Below the pieces are notes generated by a model. That model was given only the letters and a program-made list of their open reading frames with translations, ran no database searches and was not told the origin of the DNA. Source: Promethearchaeota archaeon (GTDB lineage: Archaea > Asgardarchaeota > Lokiarchaeia > Sigyniarchaeales > SOKP01). Taken from it: a stretch of DNA of 64,000 nt. Numbering within the stretch: position 1 is the stretch's first letter; each line of letters starts with the position of its first letter. The stretch lies in assembly GCA_019058245.1 (NCBI GenBank), contig JAHPZJ010000017.1:43134-107133 (forward strand), read 5' to 3'. Made by a program: the position numbers and the translations under genes. Below, in pieces: positions 11,123-20,951 of this stretch.

Positions 11123-13207
11123 ATGGACGATATAAAAAAGCATCCTATTTTAGATATACAAAAAAGAAAAAAGATTTCTTTTATTTTTAACGGTGAAAAA
11201 TTAATTGGATTTGAGGGAATGGTTATATCTTCAGCACTTTTTTTAAATAAAATAAAAATTTTTGGTCATCATATTAAAGATAATAGCCCTCAAGGTATAT
11301 TTTGTGCTAATGGGCAATGTGCTCAATGTAATGTAATTGTGAATAGTATTCCTGTAAAAGCATGTATGACTATTCTTAAGGAAGGTATGAGAATAGAAAG
11401 TTGTGATGGATTACCAGAGCTGCCTGCTGAAGATAATGAAGTAAATGTAAGCAATGCTGAAGTTGTTGAAATCGAAGTACTTATAATAGGTGCAGGTCCT
11501 GCAGGATTATCTGCTACAAAGATTTTAGGAGAACATAAGGTTAAAGTGATTTTAGTTGATGATAAGGGTAAACTTGGGGGTAAATTAGTTCTTCAAACAC
11601 ATAAATTCTTTGGTTCTCAGAAAGATGTATATGCTGGAAAACGTGGAATAGATATTGCTAAAATTTTAAGTAATTCTATTGAAGCTAATTCAAATGTTCA
11701 GATTTGGCTAAATAGTGTATGTTTAGCAGTATTTAGTGATGGGTTAGTTGGAATCTTGAAGAATAATAAAGAATATGTCTTAATAAAACCTAAATTTTTG
11801 TTTATTGCTACTGGAGCCAGAGAAAAACAGTTAGTTTTTCCGGGAAATACATTACCAGGAGTATATGGTGCTGGTGCCTTTCAAACTCTAGTTAATCGTG
11901 ATTTAATAAAGGCAGCAGATAAAATTTTCATTATAGGAGGAGGTAATGTAGGCTTAATTGCAGGATATCATGCAATCCAAGCAGGTATAGAAGTGGTTGG
12001 TTTAATTGAAGCTTTACCTCAGTGTACCGGATATAAAGTACATGAAAATAAACTTAGAAGATTAGGTGTTCCAATTTATACTCGTCATGTTATTATTTCA
12101 GCTAATGGTAAAAAAAATGTAGAATCTACAACAATTGCAGAAATTGATGATAATTCTAAAGTAATTTCTGGATCTGAAAAGACATATGCCTGTGATACCA
12201 TTTTAATTGCCGTAGGATTAAATCCAGTCAATGAACTTTATCAAAAAGCAAAAGATTTTGAATTCAAAGTATGGGAAGCTGGAGATGCTCAAGAAATTGC
12301 AGAGGCTTCAGCTGCAATATTTACAGGGAAAATTGAAGCTTTAAAGATACTTAAAGAAATTGGGATTGAATTTTCTGAAAATATCAGCGAATTAGAAGAA
12401 TCCGCTAATTTAATGAAAACTAAACCTCCACAGCCAATAAAAACTGAAATAAAATTTAAAGAAGAGGGCATATATCCTGTTTTTTATTGTAATCAAGAGA
12501 TACCATGTAATCCATGTACTACTGTATGTGAGCATGAACAAATTGAAACTATTGATGATTTGATAACACAATTACCTTATTTTAAGAATGAAAAAGAGTG
12601 TATTGGATGTGGAAAGTGTGTTGCTGTATGTCCAGGATTAGCTGTTGTATTAATAGATTATCGCAAAGATCGAAATAATCTATTAGTTACTTTTCCCTTT
12701 GAATTAACAGAGGATAAATTAGAGAAAGGACAAAAAGTTATTGTTGTTAGTAATGATGAGGAATTAGGTACATTTGAAATTCATAGAGCTCGAATTTTAA
12801 AAGACTATCCTAAAACTCAATTAGTTACCATAAAATTGCCTTCTAAAATTGCAAAACAAGCAGTAGCAATTAAACTATTTCAAACCAAATTCAATGAACC
12901 AATAGATTTATATCAAAAAACCTTAACTGATGATGATACAATAGTATGTAGATGTGAACGTGTGTCAGTAGGAGAAGTTCGAAAATGGATACGTTCAGGA
13001 GTGAAGGATTTCAATGAATTAAAAGCATTGACTAAAGTAGGAATGGGCGCTTGCGGAGGTAAAACTTGTACACCGTTAATTGAAAGAATATTTCGAGAGG
13101 AAGGTATCGCAATTGAAGATATTATACATGGAACAAAACGTCCTCTATTTATTGAAGTTCCGATGGGTATATTCGCTAATGCTAAAAATAAAAATGAGGA
13201 ACTCTAA
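11123..13207 (+). CDS. Proline dehydrogenase/sarcosine oxidase alpha-like flavoprotein (2Fe-2S + FAD/NAD + 4Fe-4S + BFD fusion)
   Basis: FCANGQCAQC, GAGPAG, IIGGGNVG, CNPC..CIGCGKCVAVCP, CRCE..GMGACGGKTC. Confidence 0.82.
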   Translation: MDDIKKHPILDIQKRKKISFIFNGEKLIGFEGMVISSALFLNKIKIFGHHIKDNSPQGIFCANGQCAQCNVIVNSIPVKACMTILKEGMRIESCDGLPELPAEDNEVNVSNAEVVEIEVLIIGAGPAGLSATKILGEHKVKVILVDDKGKLGGKLVLQTHKFFGSQKDVYAGKRGIDIAKILSNSIEANSNVQIWLNSVCLAVFSDGLVGILKNNKEYVLIKPKFLFIATGAREKQLVFPGNTLPGVYGAGAFQTLVNRDLIKAADKIFIIGGGNVGLIAGYHAIQAGIEVVGLIEALPQCTGYKVHENKLRRLGVPIYTRHVIISANGKKNVESTTIAEIDDNSKVISGSEKTYACDTILIAVGLNPVNELYQKAKDFEFKVWEAGDAQEIAEASAAIFTGKIEALKILKEIGIEFSENISELEESANLMKTKPPQPIKTEIKFKEEGIYPVFYCNQEIPCNPCTTVCEHEQIETIDDLITQLPYFKNEKECIGCGKCVAVCPGLAVVLIDYRKDRNNLLVTFPFELTEDKLEKGQKVIVVSNDEELGTFEIHRARILKDYPKTQLVTIKLPSKIAKQAVAIKLFQTKFNEPIDLYQKTLTDDDTIVCRCERVSVGEVRKWIRSGVKDFNELKALTKVGMGACGGKTCTPLIERIFREEGIAIEDIIHGTKRPLFIEVPMGIFANAKNKNEEL

Positions 13208-14374
13208 ATGGTTGAATATGATGTGATCATTATAGGTGCGGGTAGTGTTGGTGTTCCTACGGCTTTAGCTACTGCAAATGATGGATTAAAAACACTCGTA
13301 ATTGATTCACTGCCCTCAGTAGCACAAGCAGATAATAAACATGCTATTGGGGGAATTAGAGCTACTCACTCTCATAAAGGAAAAATATGGTTATGTCAAA
13401 GATCAATTGAAATTTTCTCTTCTTGGGAAGAACGATATGGAGATGATATTTGGTGGACTCAGGGAGGTTATACATTTTTAGCATTTACAAAAGAACATGA
13501 AAATCAGTTAAAGGAAACTGTAAAACTTCAAAAAAGTTATGGATTAAATATTAATTATGTTAATGCAAATAAAATTAAGAATTTAATACCAGGTATCAAT
13601 GATGATAATCTATTAGGGGGAACACATAGCCCTGAAGATGGTAATGCTTCCCCTCTATTATCATTACATGCATTTTTTCGAAGATCAAAAAATTTAGGAG
13701 CAAAATATCAATTCAAAGAAAAAGTTACAGATATATTAACTAAAAATAATAGAGTAATTGGGATCAAAACTACAAGAAGCCAATATAAAACACAATCAAT
13801 TATTAATGCCGCAGGCGCTCATGCTAAAGAAATTGGAAATATGATTGGCATAGATACTCCAATAGAACCAGAATCACATGAAGCAGGAATAACAGAACCA
13901 GTAAAAAAATTCTTTACTCCAATGGTAGTGGATATTAGTGTTTGTTATGATCCCAAATTTGGAAACTCGAGGAATTATTATTTCTATCAAAATAAAGAGG
14001 GTAAAATACTTTTTTGTATAACTCCCGATCCAAATATTATAGGAATGGATCGTAATGAAACTAGCTCTTTTCTACCTCAGATCTCCAAGAGAATGATCCA
14101 ACTTATTCCACGATTAAGGAACATAAAAGTAAGACGAACATGGCGAGGATTATATCCAATGACACCTGATGGGAATCCAATCATAGGAAAAGTAGATGAG
14201 ATGAAAGGATATTTTAATGCTATTGGAATGTGTGGTCAAGGATTTATGCTAGGACCTGGATTAGGAGAACTTCTCAGTCGTATTTTAACAGATAAAGAAA
14301 CTTCGAGAGATAAAGAGATCTTAGAAACTCTCTGTCATAATCGTGATTTTAGTATAGAAGAAGAATTAAAATAA
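13208..14374 (+). CDS. DAO-family FAD oxidoreductase (proline dehydrogenase/sarcosine oxidase beta-like)
   Basis: DVIIIGAGSVG, GGIRATHS, INAAG, WRGLYPMTPDGNPIIG, GQGFMLGPGLG. Abuts the alpha subunit. Confidence 0.85.
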   Translation: MVEYDVIIIGAGSVGVPTALATANDGLKTLVIDSLPSVAQADNKHAIGGIRATHSHKGKIWLCQRSIEIFSSWEERYGDDIWWTQGGYTFLAFTKEHENQLKETVKLQKSYGLNINYVNANKIKNLIPGINDDNLLGGTHSPEDGNASPLLSLHAFFRRSKNLGAKYQFKEKVTDILTKNNRVIGIKTTRSQYKTQSIINAAGAHAKEIGNMIGIDTPIEPESHEAGITEPVKKFFTPMVVDISVCYDPKFGNSRNYYFYQNKEGKILFCITPDPNIIGMDRNETSSFLPQISKRMIQLIPRLRNIKVRRTWRGLYPMTPDGNPIIGKVDEMKGYFNAIGMCGQGFMLGPGLGELLSRILTDKETSRDKEILETLCHNRDFSIEEELK

Positions 14375-14461
14375 CTATTTTAAAAGAAATAAACTCAACT
14401 GATTTATATCAAGTATTTCTTTTTAATACTTAATTATAATAAAAAATTCAAAATCGTTAAA

Positions 14462-15394
14462 ATGCTTCGACATTTATTAAAAGTCTCTGATTTTTCAAAG
14501 AATGAGTGCGAGAAGGTTATTAATAAAGCAATAGAGCTTAAGAAAAATCCTAAGAAATTTAATTCAATTTTAGAAGGTGAAACACTTTTGATGTTTTTTG
14601 AAAAACCCTCTTTAAGAACACGAATTTCATTTGAAACAGGAATGCAACAATTAGGAGGGCATGCAATTTTTTATTCGATTAAAGACTCTCCTTTAGGTAA
14701 AAAAGAAAACCTTTCAGATACTGCTAAGGTTGCTTCTAGATTTGTAAATATTATTGCTGCTCGGGTTTTTAAACGACAAGATATTAGGGATCTTGCTAAA
14801 TATGCAGAAGTTCCTGTGATAAATATGTTGGATGATTTTGCACACCCATGTCAGATTTTAGGAGATTTTCAGACTATTAAAGAGAAAAAAAACAGTTTAA
14901 CTACCATGAAACTATCATATTTTGGTGATGCTCATAATAATGTTACTTATGATTTAATGCGAATTTGTGCAATGTTTGGATGGAGAATGGATGTTGCATG
15001 CCCTGATGTTCCAGAATATTCACCTGAACAAATAGTTTTAGATGAGGTTTCTGATTTATCCAAAGAAACTGGTGCAGAAGTACAAGTTATTCATAATGCC
15101 ACAAATGCAGCTCAAGATTCTAGTGTAATATATACTGATAGTTGGATGAGCTATGGGATACCTCAAGAGCAGGAAGAAGAACGGAAAAAGGCTTTTATGC
15201 CTTTTCAAGTTACCCCTTCAATTATGAAAGTTGCAAAACCAGATGTGGTCTTTATGAATTGTTTGCCAGCAATGAGAGGATATGAACAAACAGCTGATGT
15301 AATTGATGGTCCTCAATCAATTGTTTTTGATCAAGCAGAAAATAGATTGCATATTCAAAAAGCAATTATGTTGTTTTTAAGAGAAAAATTTTAA
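14462..15394 (+). CDS. arcB: Ornithine carbamoyltransferase (probably catabolic)
   Basis: KPSLRTR, HPCQ, YTDSWMS, NCLP, DQAENRLH. Adjacent to carbamate kinase. Confidence 0.93.
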   Translation: MLRHLLKVSDFSKNECEKVINKAIELKKNPKKFNSILEGETLLMFFEKPSLRTRISFETGMQQLGGHAIFYSIKDSPLGKKENLSDTAKVASRFVNIIAARVFKRQDIRDLAKYAEVPVINMLDDFAHPCQILGDFQTIKEKKNSLTTMKLSYFGDAHNNVTYDLMRICAMFGWRMDVACPDVPEYSPEQIVLDEVSDLSKETGAEVQVIHNATNAAQDSSVIYTDSWMSYGIPQEQEEERKKAFMPFQVTPSIMKVAKPDVVFMNCLPAMRGYEQTADVIDGPQSIVFDQAENRLHIQKAIMLFLREKF

Positions 15395-15458
15395 ATATTA
15401 AGTTATCTATTAATATTTTTTCTAAAAGTCTTGATATCTTGATTTTAGAGGTTGGAAT

Positions 15459-16370
15459 TTGAAAACATTAATCGTAGCACTTGGAGGGAATGCCTTAATA
15501 AAATTTGGAGAAGAAGGTACCACAGAAGAACAATTTCGGAATTTAAGAGTTCCAATTAGTCAAATTGCGAAACTCGCAAGAGACTATAACATTATTATTA
15601 CACATGGTAATGGCCCACAAGTAGGAAATCTCTTATTACAGCAGGAAGCAACAGCATTCATCTCAAAAAGTCCTTTACAAATATTAGTAGCAGAAACTCA
15701 AGGTCAAATTGGATTTATGATTGAAAGTACTTTAGATGAAGAGCTTATGAAAATTGGGTTGGATCAAGAAAAACTCTTCCTTACTGTTTTAACTTATGTA
15801 GAAGTTGATCCTGAGGATCCTGCTTTTAAAAACCCTACAAAACCCGTTGGACCTGCTTATCCTGTACGTACAAAATTAGGTCAAATCAAAACAGCTAAGG
15901 GGTGGCGACGTGTAGTTCCTTCTCCTGAACCGATAAAAATTTACCAATGGCGTGAAATTAAAAAACTTATGGAGCTTGGAAGTTGGATCGTAATTGCCTG
16001 TGGAGGAGGAGGTATTCCTGTCATAAAAGAAGGGAATAATTTATATGGAGTCGAAGCTGTTATTGATAAGGATCTTGCTAGTGCAAAATTAGGAGAACAA
16101 ATTAAAGCAGATATTTTATTAATCGCAACTGATGTTGAGAAGGTTGCTTTAAATTATGGAAAATATAATGAAAAATTATTAGAAAAACTTTCTGTGTCAG
16201 AAGCAGAAGAATATCTTAAAGAAGGTCAATTTCCTGCAGGAAGTATGGGTCCAAAAGTAAAAGCAATAATTAATTTCTTAAAGTCTGGAGGAAAACAAGC
16301 AATGATCACATCTATTGATAAAATAAAACAAGCTCTCAATCTTAAAGCAGGAACTCACTTTTTTTATTAA
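15459..16370 (+). CDS. arcC: Carbamate kinase
   Basis: VALGGNAL, THGNGPQVG, DPAFKNPTKPVG, RRVVPSP, GGGGIPV, EAVIDKD, GSMGPK. Confidence 0.96.
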   Translation: MKTLIVALGGNALIKFGEEGTTEEQFRNLRVPISQIAKLARDYNIIITHGNGPQVGNLLLQQEATAFISKSPLQILVAETQGQIGFMIESTLDEELMKIGLDQEKLFLTVLTYVEVDPEDPAFKNPTKPVGPAYPVRTKLGQIKTAKGWRRVVPSPEPIKIYQWREIKKLMELGSWIVIACGGGGIPVIKEGNNLYGVEAVIDKDLASAKLGEQIKADILLIATDVEKVALNYGKYNEKLLEKLSVSEAEEYLKEGQFPAGSMGPKVKAIINFLKSGGKQAMITSIDKIKQALNLKAGTHFFY

Positions 16371-16423
16371 AATAATTTAAAGGGATACAATAAAATAAAT
16401 GGAATTATCAATACTTTCTCTAA

Positions 16424-17695
16424 TTAAGAAATAAGTACTTTTTCAATAATTTCAAGAGCTAAATCAATTTCATTTTTTGTAATGACTAAAGGTGGAGCTA
16501 ATCTAATAATTGTTGAATGTGTATCTTTTGCTAAGATACCATTATCCTTTAATTGTTCGACAATTTGTCTAGCATCTTCTTCAAATTCAATTGCGATTAG
16601 TAATCCTTTTCCTCTAATTTCTTTAATAGGTATTTTAGTTCTTTTCTGAGAAATTTCATTTAATCTCTTTAAAAAGTAATCCCCCATCTCTTTAGCCCGT
16701 TCGGCAAGATTGTCCCGTAAATGAATATCTATAGATTTCATCCCAATTGCAGAAGCTAAAGGGTTTCCACCAAATGTGCTTCCATGAGTCCCTGGAGTTA
16801 TTACTTCTGGACCAATAATTTCTTTGGTACTTACACATGCAGATATTGGATAAACTCCACCACCAAGAGCTTTACCTAATAAGATCATATCTGGTTTCAC
16901 ATCCTCATGTTCACAAGCAAAAAATTTACCAGTTCGACAAAAACCAGTTTGAACTTCATCAGAAATTAACACTATATTATATTTTGTACAGATTTCTCTT
17001 ACTTTTTTTAAATATCCTTTGGGAGGAATCTTTACACCCGCTTCTCCTTGAATAGGTTCTACTAAGAAAGCAGCCACTTTTTCAGGACCAATTTCTAAGA
17101 TTGCCTTTTCCAATTCCTTCGCATCTCCATACGGAATAATATTAAATCCTGGGGTAAAGGGACCAAAGTATCCGTAATACCTTACTGCTGAAATGTCAGA
17201 ACTAAAACCCACAATAGTAACTGTTCTTCCATGAAAATTGTTTCTGCACACGATTATTCTTGCTTCATCTTTGGGGATTTTTTTTTTAATATAACCCCAA
17301 GCTCTTACTACTTTTATAGCAGTCGAAACAGCTTCTGTTCCTGTACTCATTGGAAGAGACATTATTCCACTATTATTTGGGTCATAAATGTGTGGTCCAA
17401 CAACATCTGCCAACATTTTAAGAAACGGTCCCATCATTGTGTTATGAAATGCCCGAGAAGTGAGAGTAACAATATCGGCTTGTTCTTTTAATGTCGCGAC
17501 AATTTCAGGATGACAATGACCCAAATTTTGACTTGAGTAGGCAGATAAACAATCTAAATATTTTTTACCTTCCGGATCATAAACCCAAACTCCTTCAGCC
17601 CGCGAAATTACTACTGGAATTGGATGATAATTATGTGCACCATATTCCAAATCCATTTTAATATAATCTTTTGAACTTGGCATTAAATATCCCAT
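16424..17695 (-). CDS. rocD: Ornithine--oxo-acid aminotransferase (class III PLP)
   Basis: YGAHNYHP, YLDCLSAYS, EPIQGEAG, DEVQTG, LGKALGGG, HGSTFGGNP. Confidence 0.93.
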   Translation of the reverse strand: MGYLMPSSKDYIKMDLEYGAHNYHPIPVVISRAEGVWVYDPEGKKYLDCLSAYSSQNLGHCHPEIVATLKEQADIVTLTSRAFHNTMMGPFLKMLADVVGPHIYDPNNSGIMSLPMSTGTEAVSTAIKVVRAWGYIKKKIPKDEARIIVCRNNFHGRTVTIVGFSSDISAVRYYGYFGPFTPGFNIIPYGDAKELEKAILEIGPEKVAAFLVEPIQGEAGVKIPPKGYLKKVREICTKYNIVLISDEVQTGFCRTGKFFACEHEDVKPDMILLGKALGGGVYPISACVSTKEIIGPEVITPGTHGSTFGGNPLASAIGMKSIDIHLRDNLAERAKEMGDYFLKRLNEISQKRTKIPIKEIRGKGLLIAIEFEEDARQIVEQLKDNGILAKDTHSTIIRLAPPLVITKNEIDLALEIIEKVLIS

Positions 17696-17890
17696 TTAAT
17701 TCTCTTAGTTAAGATTGACAATTAATAAATAGATAAATATTGAAAAATTTTAATTATTTTCCAAAAATTCAATGAGGGAATAATATGGGTAAATTAAAAT
17801 TATGTTAGTTATAATTACTTTAATTATTATCTCAGTAGCATATTCAAAATAAAAAAAATAGGAATAACAAATGTAAAAAAAACATAAAAA

Positions 17891-18630
17891 TTATTCTTGC
17901 ACTTGAATAATTTCTGTTGATTCTTTTTCTTCCCTAAGATCTAATAGTTTTAATATTTCAACACCAAAAATGTTTGATAAGATTTTATTCATCTCAGATC
18001 CTCCCATATAACCCTGACATCCTAAATGAAGTTTATGAAAATGTCCTCCTAATTTAGTCTCAACCTCTTTTATGAAATTAATAACTTTTTCTTCTAAAGA
18101 TTGGGATGGCGTATCATTTAATAAAAATACTACTTTAAATTCTCCATTTGTAAAGAGCCCTCCCGATAAATATCCATCTCTAAATTTAATCGATTATAAA
18201 GTTTCAAATCTGGATCAAGTTGAATAATATATGTTTGATAATGCTCTGGATATTGATTTTCTATGATTTTTTTAAAAGCATCACCAGTACTACTAATACC
18301 AATTAGAAAAATATCTTTTATAGCTTGAATGACAGTATTCATCTCATTAACATTTGGTAAAATTATTCGAACTCCACATAAATCATTTATCTCCGCAATA
18401 GGATCTGTATATTTTACATCAGGACTAAATAATTTATTGGCAAAACTTGAAATTGTCTTTACCCTGTTTTGAATAATATGTTCTGAAGAACACCCTTGTA
18501 CTATGTTTTCAAGAATAGTATCTATAATCTTAGAGTACTCTTCATAGAGAGGGCGTAGTTCTTTATATCTGTTAATTTGTTCTTCATAAAACTTACGTTG
18601 TTCTATTTCCATAGTTACTTTTTCCCTCAA
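17891..18630 (-). pseudogene. RelA/SpoT nucleotidyltransferase-like N-terminal part continuing in the -1 frame (internally deleted pseudogene or frameshift-fused gene)
   Basis: ORF 18130..18630 has RVKTISS and DLCGVRII but lacks the EIQxRT motif. A start-less 100-codon frame (18193..17891) overlaps its end and reads like protein (GEFKVVFLLNDTPSQSLEEKVINFIKEVETKL). Confidence 0.6.
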
Positions 18631-18705
18631 ATTTATTATTTCTGATTTATTTTCTTGAATTTCTTCTCTTAGGATTATTGATACAACCTATTATTTAAAA
18701 TTAAG

Positions 18706-18870
18706 TTAATGATATGTCATCTTCATTCCACAACATTCTGGAATTGGCTGGTATCCACATTCTTTGGAGCAACAACATAGTAAATATCCATCTTTTATCA
18801 TCATTGATTTATCGCAGCATTTAGGTACTTCTTTTTTCGAACCACAAATATTACAAATTAATTCTGGGAT
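18706..18870 (-). CDS. 54-aa Cys-rich microprotein (tandem desulforedoxin/Zn-ribbon-like); putative ATC start
   Basis: Translates as IPELICNICGSKKEVPKCCDKSMMIKDGYLLCCCSKECGYQPIPECCGMKMTYH (10 Cys). A GGTGGT SD-like motif lies 6 nt before the ATC. Not in the ORF track. Confidence 0.7.
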   Translation of the reverse strand: MPELICNICGSKKEVPKCCDKSMMIKDGYLLCCCSKECGYQPIPECCGMKMTYH

Positions 18871-19183
18871 TTTTTTACCACCATCTTTTATACATTCAAA
18901 TTAATCAAGAAAAATAGAAAACAAAAAAGCTTCTTTAATATATTATAAATCTTTTCCAGATGATTGTTTAAAAAAATAAATTAAAACAAAAAATTAGCTT
19001 TGAAAATATTAAATTTGAGGATTATATTAATTTTTTCTATTATCTCTTGTTTAAATATCTTTAAAATTTAATATTAAAAAAAAATAAAAAAGGAAATTAT
19101 GAAAAATATTCTTTCAAATAATGTGATAATTTTAATTAACAAATACAAGAATTAAGAAGAAAAAGATAAAAATAAAAATTATA

Positions 19184-20764
19184 TTACCAAATAAGATTAC
19201 CAATAATGTTTTTAGCCATTTCAGCCTGTTTTTTATTCAATATCTTACGAATACGCAAATCATTAATTGCATCTTCAAGTCGATTGTCGAGATTTTTCAT
19301 TTCCATCAAATTATTTTTATCCCCTTGGGTTTCAACTAATTCAATCATTGCATTGTCTTTATTCATTAAGTCTCTTAATCTTTGTCTAAAGCTCGATTTA
19401 ATCTTAGTACTTACAATTTTTCCTTTGTCGATCAACACTGGTAATACGGGAGCTCTTTCAGTAGTTCGATTTGTATTAGGATCAACAAAATAAAATATGC
19501 ATATTGGAATTCCTACTATGATGTTCTTAGTCTTTAATTCAAGAGTATAATTATTTAAAAAATTCTGAACACTTGTCATTTCATTATCTACAATTGATGC
19601 GATATTATCTAAACAATTTTGCTTCTCATTTTTTATTCTCGCAATCACATCTTCAGCAGAACTTAAATCACTAGAAAGTTCACTATGTTTTGCTTCAATT
19701 TGCCTTTCTACCTCAGATTTTTTGCGTTCTAATTCTCTTATTTTTTGTTGTTTTGATTTTTCAAGATCACTAATTTCTTTTTGTACATTTCTCTTTAACT
19801 GATTAATTTCAGTTTGGTATCTAGAGATCGAATTTCCGAGATCTTGATACTTTAAATTGATGTCTTTTAAACCTTCTTCAACCAAAAATAGATCACGTTG
19901 ATTAATTGCATTTTTCATGCTATCGACACTCTGCTTGAGTCTACTGATATCATTGGTTAATTCCCCAGTTTTATCATTTATTTTATATTTACCAATCTTT
20001 ACGAGTTCTTCAGGAGTTCCCTCAATTTCACGTTCCATTTCTTGTTGTAATTCTTTATTGAGTATTGTGAGTTGTTTCTCTTCTTCACTTGTGTCTACAT
20101 TTGTATCTTTAATTTTATCAACCTCTTTACCTCCTTTTTCAATCCATTTATCGCATAGCTTTATAATGGCATCTCCATAAGTTTCAAGTAAATTAGCATC
20201 TTTTTGAGATACAAATTCTAAAATTTCTGGTACTATGTTTGTTTGATTCACACTTTTAACTATAGCTCCCCCTTCAAGAAGAAAATATGGCGTTGTATGA
20301 GCTCCTAAATCGTATTGATTTAGGAAAAAGTTTTGAAAATAACCAACCTCATTAGCATTAAATAATGCCTCTTGGATTACAGTTCCACGTTTGAAATTCT
20401 TCGTTTTTCTTAAATAGGTATTGTTATAAGATTGTAATGAATTTAAGAAAGAGCTGGGATCTGCTCCTTTTATGAGATTTTCTGGTCTTGGTGGCATTTG
20501 AACAAATTTCCCAACACTAAGTTTTTCTTGTTTATTCATAAGATAACTACAAACACAGGCTCTAGTATCACTCAGGGGAATTAATCGAACTGGCCAAAAA
20601 CCTGTCGAAATTTTTGCCAATCTCCCTAACTTTTGAAGTTTTTTGCCATATATACTAATACATTCAATCATACCCATTGCTAATTCATTTAATAAAGCAG
20701 CTTGACTTCGTGCAGGAGTAATTTCACCCATATTAATTAAATAAGGAATTACTTTATTAACCAT
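19184..20764 (-). CDS. Hypothetical protein with long central coiled coil
   Basis: 526-aa ORF with a heptad-rich E/K/Q/L region at about aa 225-395; no catalytic motif recognised. Confidence 0.75.
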   Translation of the reverse strand: MVNKVIPYLINMGEITPARSQAALLNELAMGMIECISIYGKKLQKLGRLAKISTGFWPVRLIPLSDTRACVCSYLMNKQEKLSVGKFVQMPPRPENLIKGADPSSFLNSLQSYNNTYLRKTKNFKRGTVIQEALFNANEVGYFQNFFLNQYDLGAHTTPYFLLEGGAIVKSVNQTNIVPEILEFVSQKDANLLETYGDAIIKLCDKWIEKGGKEVDKIKDTNVDTSEEEKQLTILNKELQQEMEREIEGTPEELVKIGKYKINDKTGELTNDISRLKQSVDSMKNAINQRDLFLVEEGLKDINLKYQDLGNSISRYQTEINQLKRNVQKEISDLEKSKQQKIRELERKKSEVERQIEAKHSELSSDLSSAEDVIARIKNEKQNCLDNIASIVDNEMTSVQNFLNNYTLELKTKNIIVGIPICIFYFVDPNTNRTTERAPVLPVLIDKGKIVSTKIKSSFRQRLRDLMNKDNAMIELVETQGDKNNLMEMKNLDNRLEDAINDLRIRKILNKKQAEMAKNIIGNLIW

Positions 20765-20951
20765 AAAATTTCACTTAAACTTTCTATATTATTTTTTAAT
20801 ATCAATAGAATAATTAAAGTTTTGGTTTTAAATCTATACAATTAGAAAAATAAAGAAAAAAAAGGAAGAATTTTATTGAAGATTTTATCGTATAATCTCC
20901 TCCCAAAGTTTTTGGATTAAAATCATTAGAACACAATTAGGTTTGTAGCTT

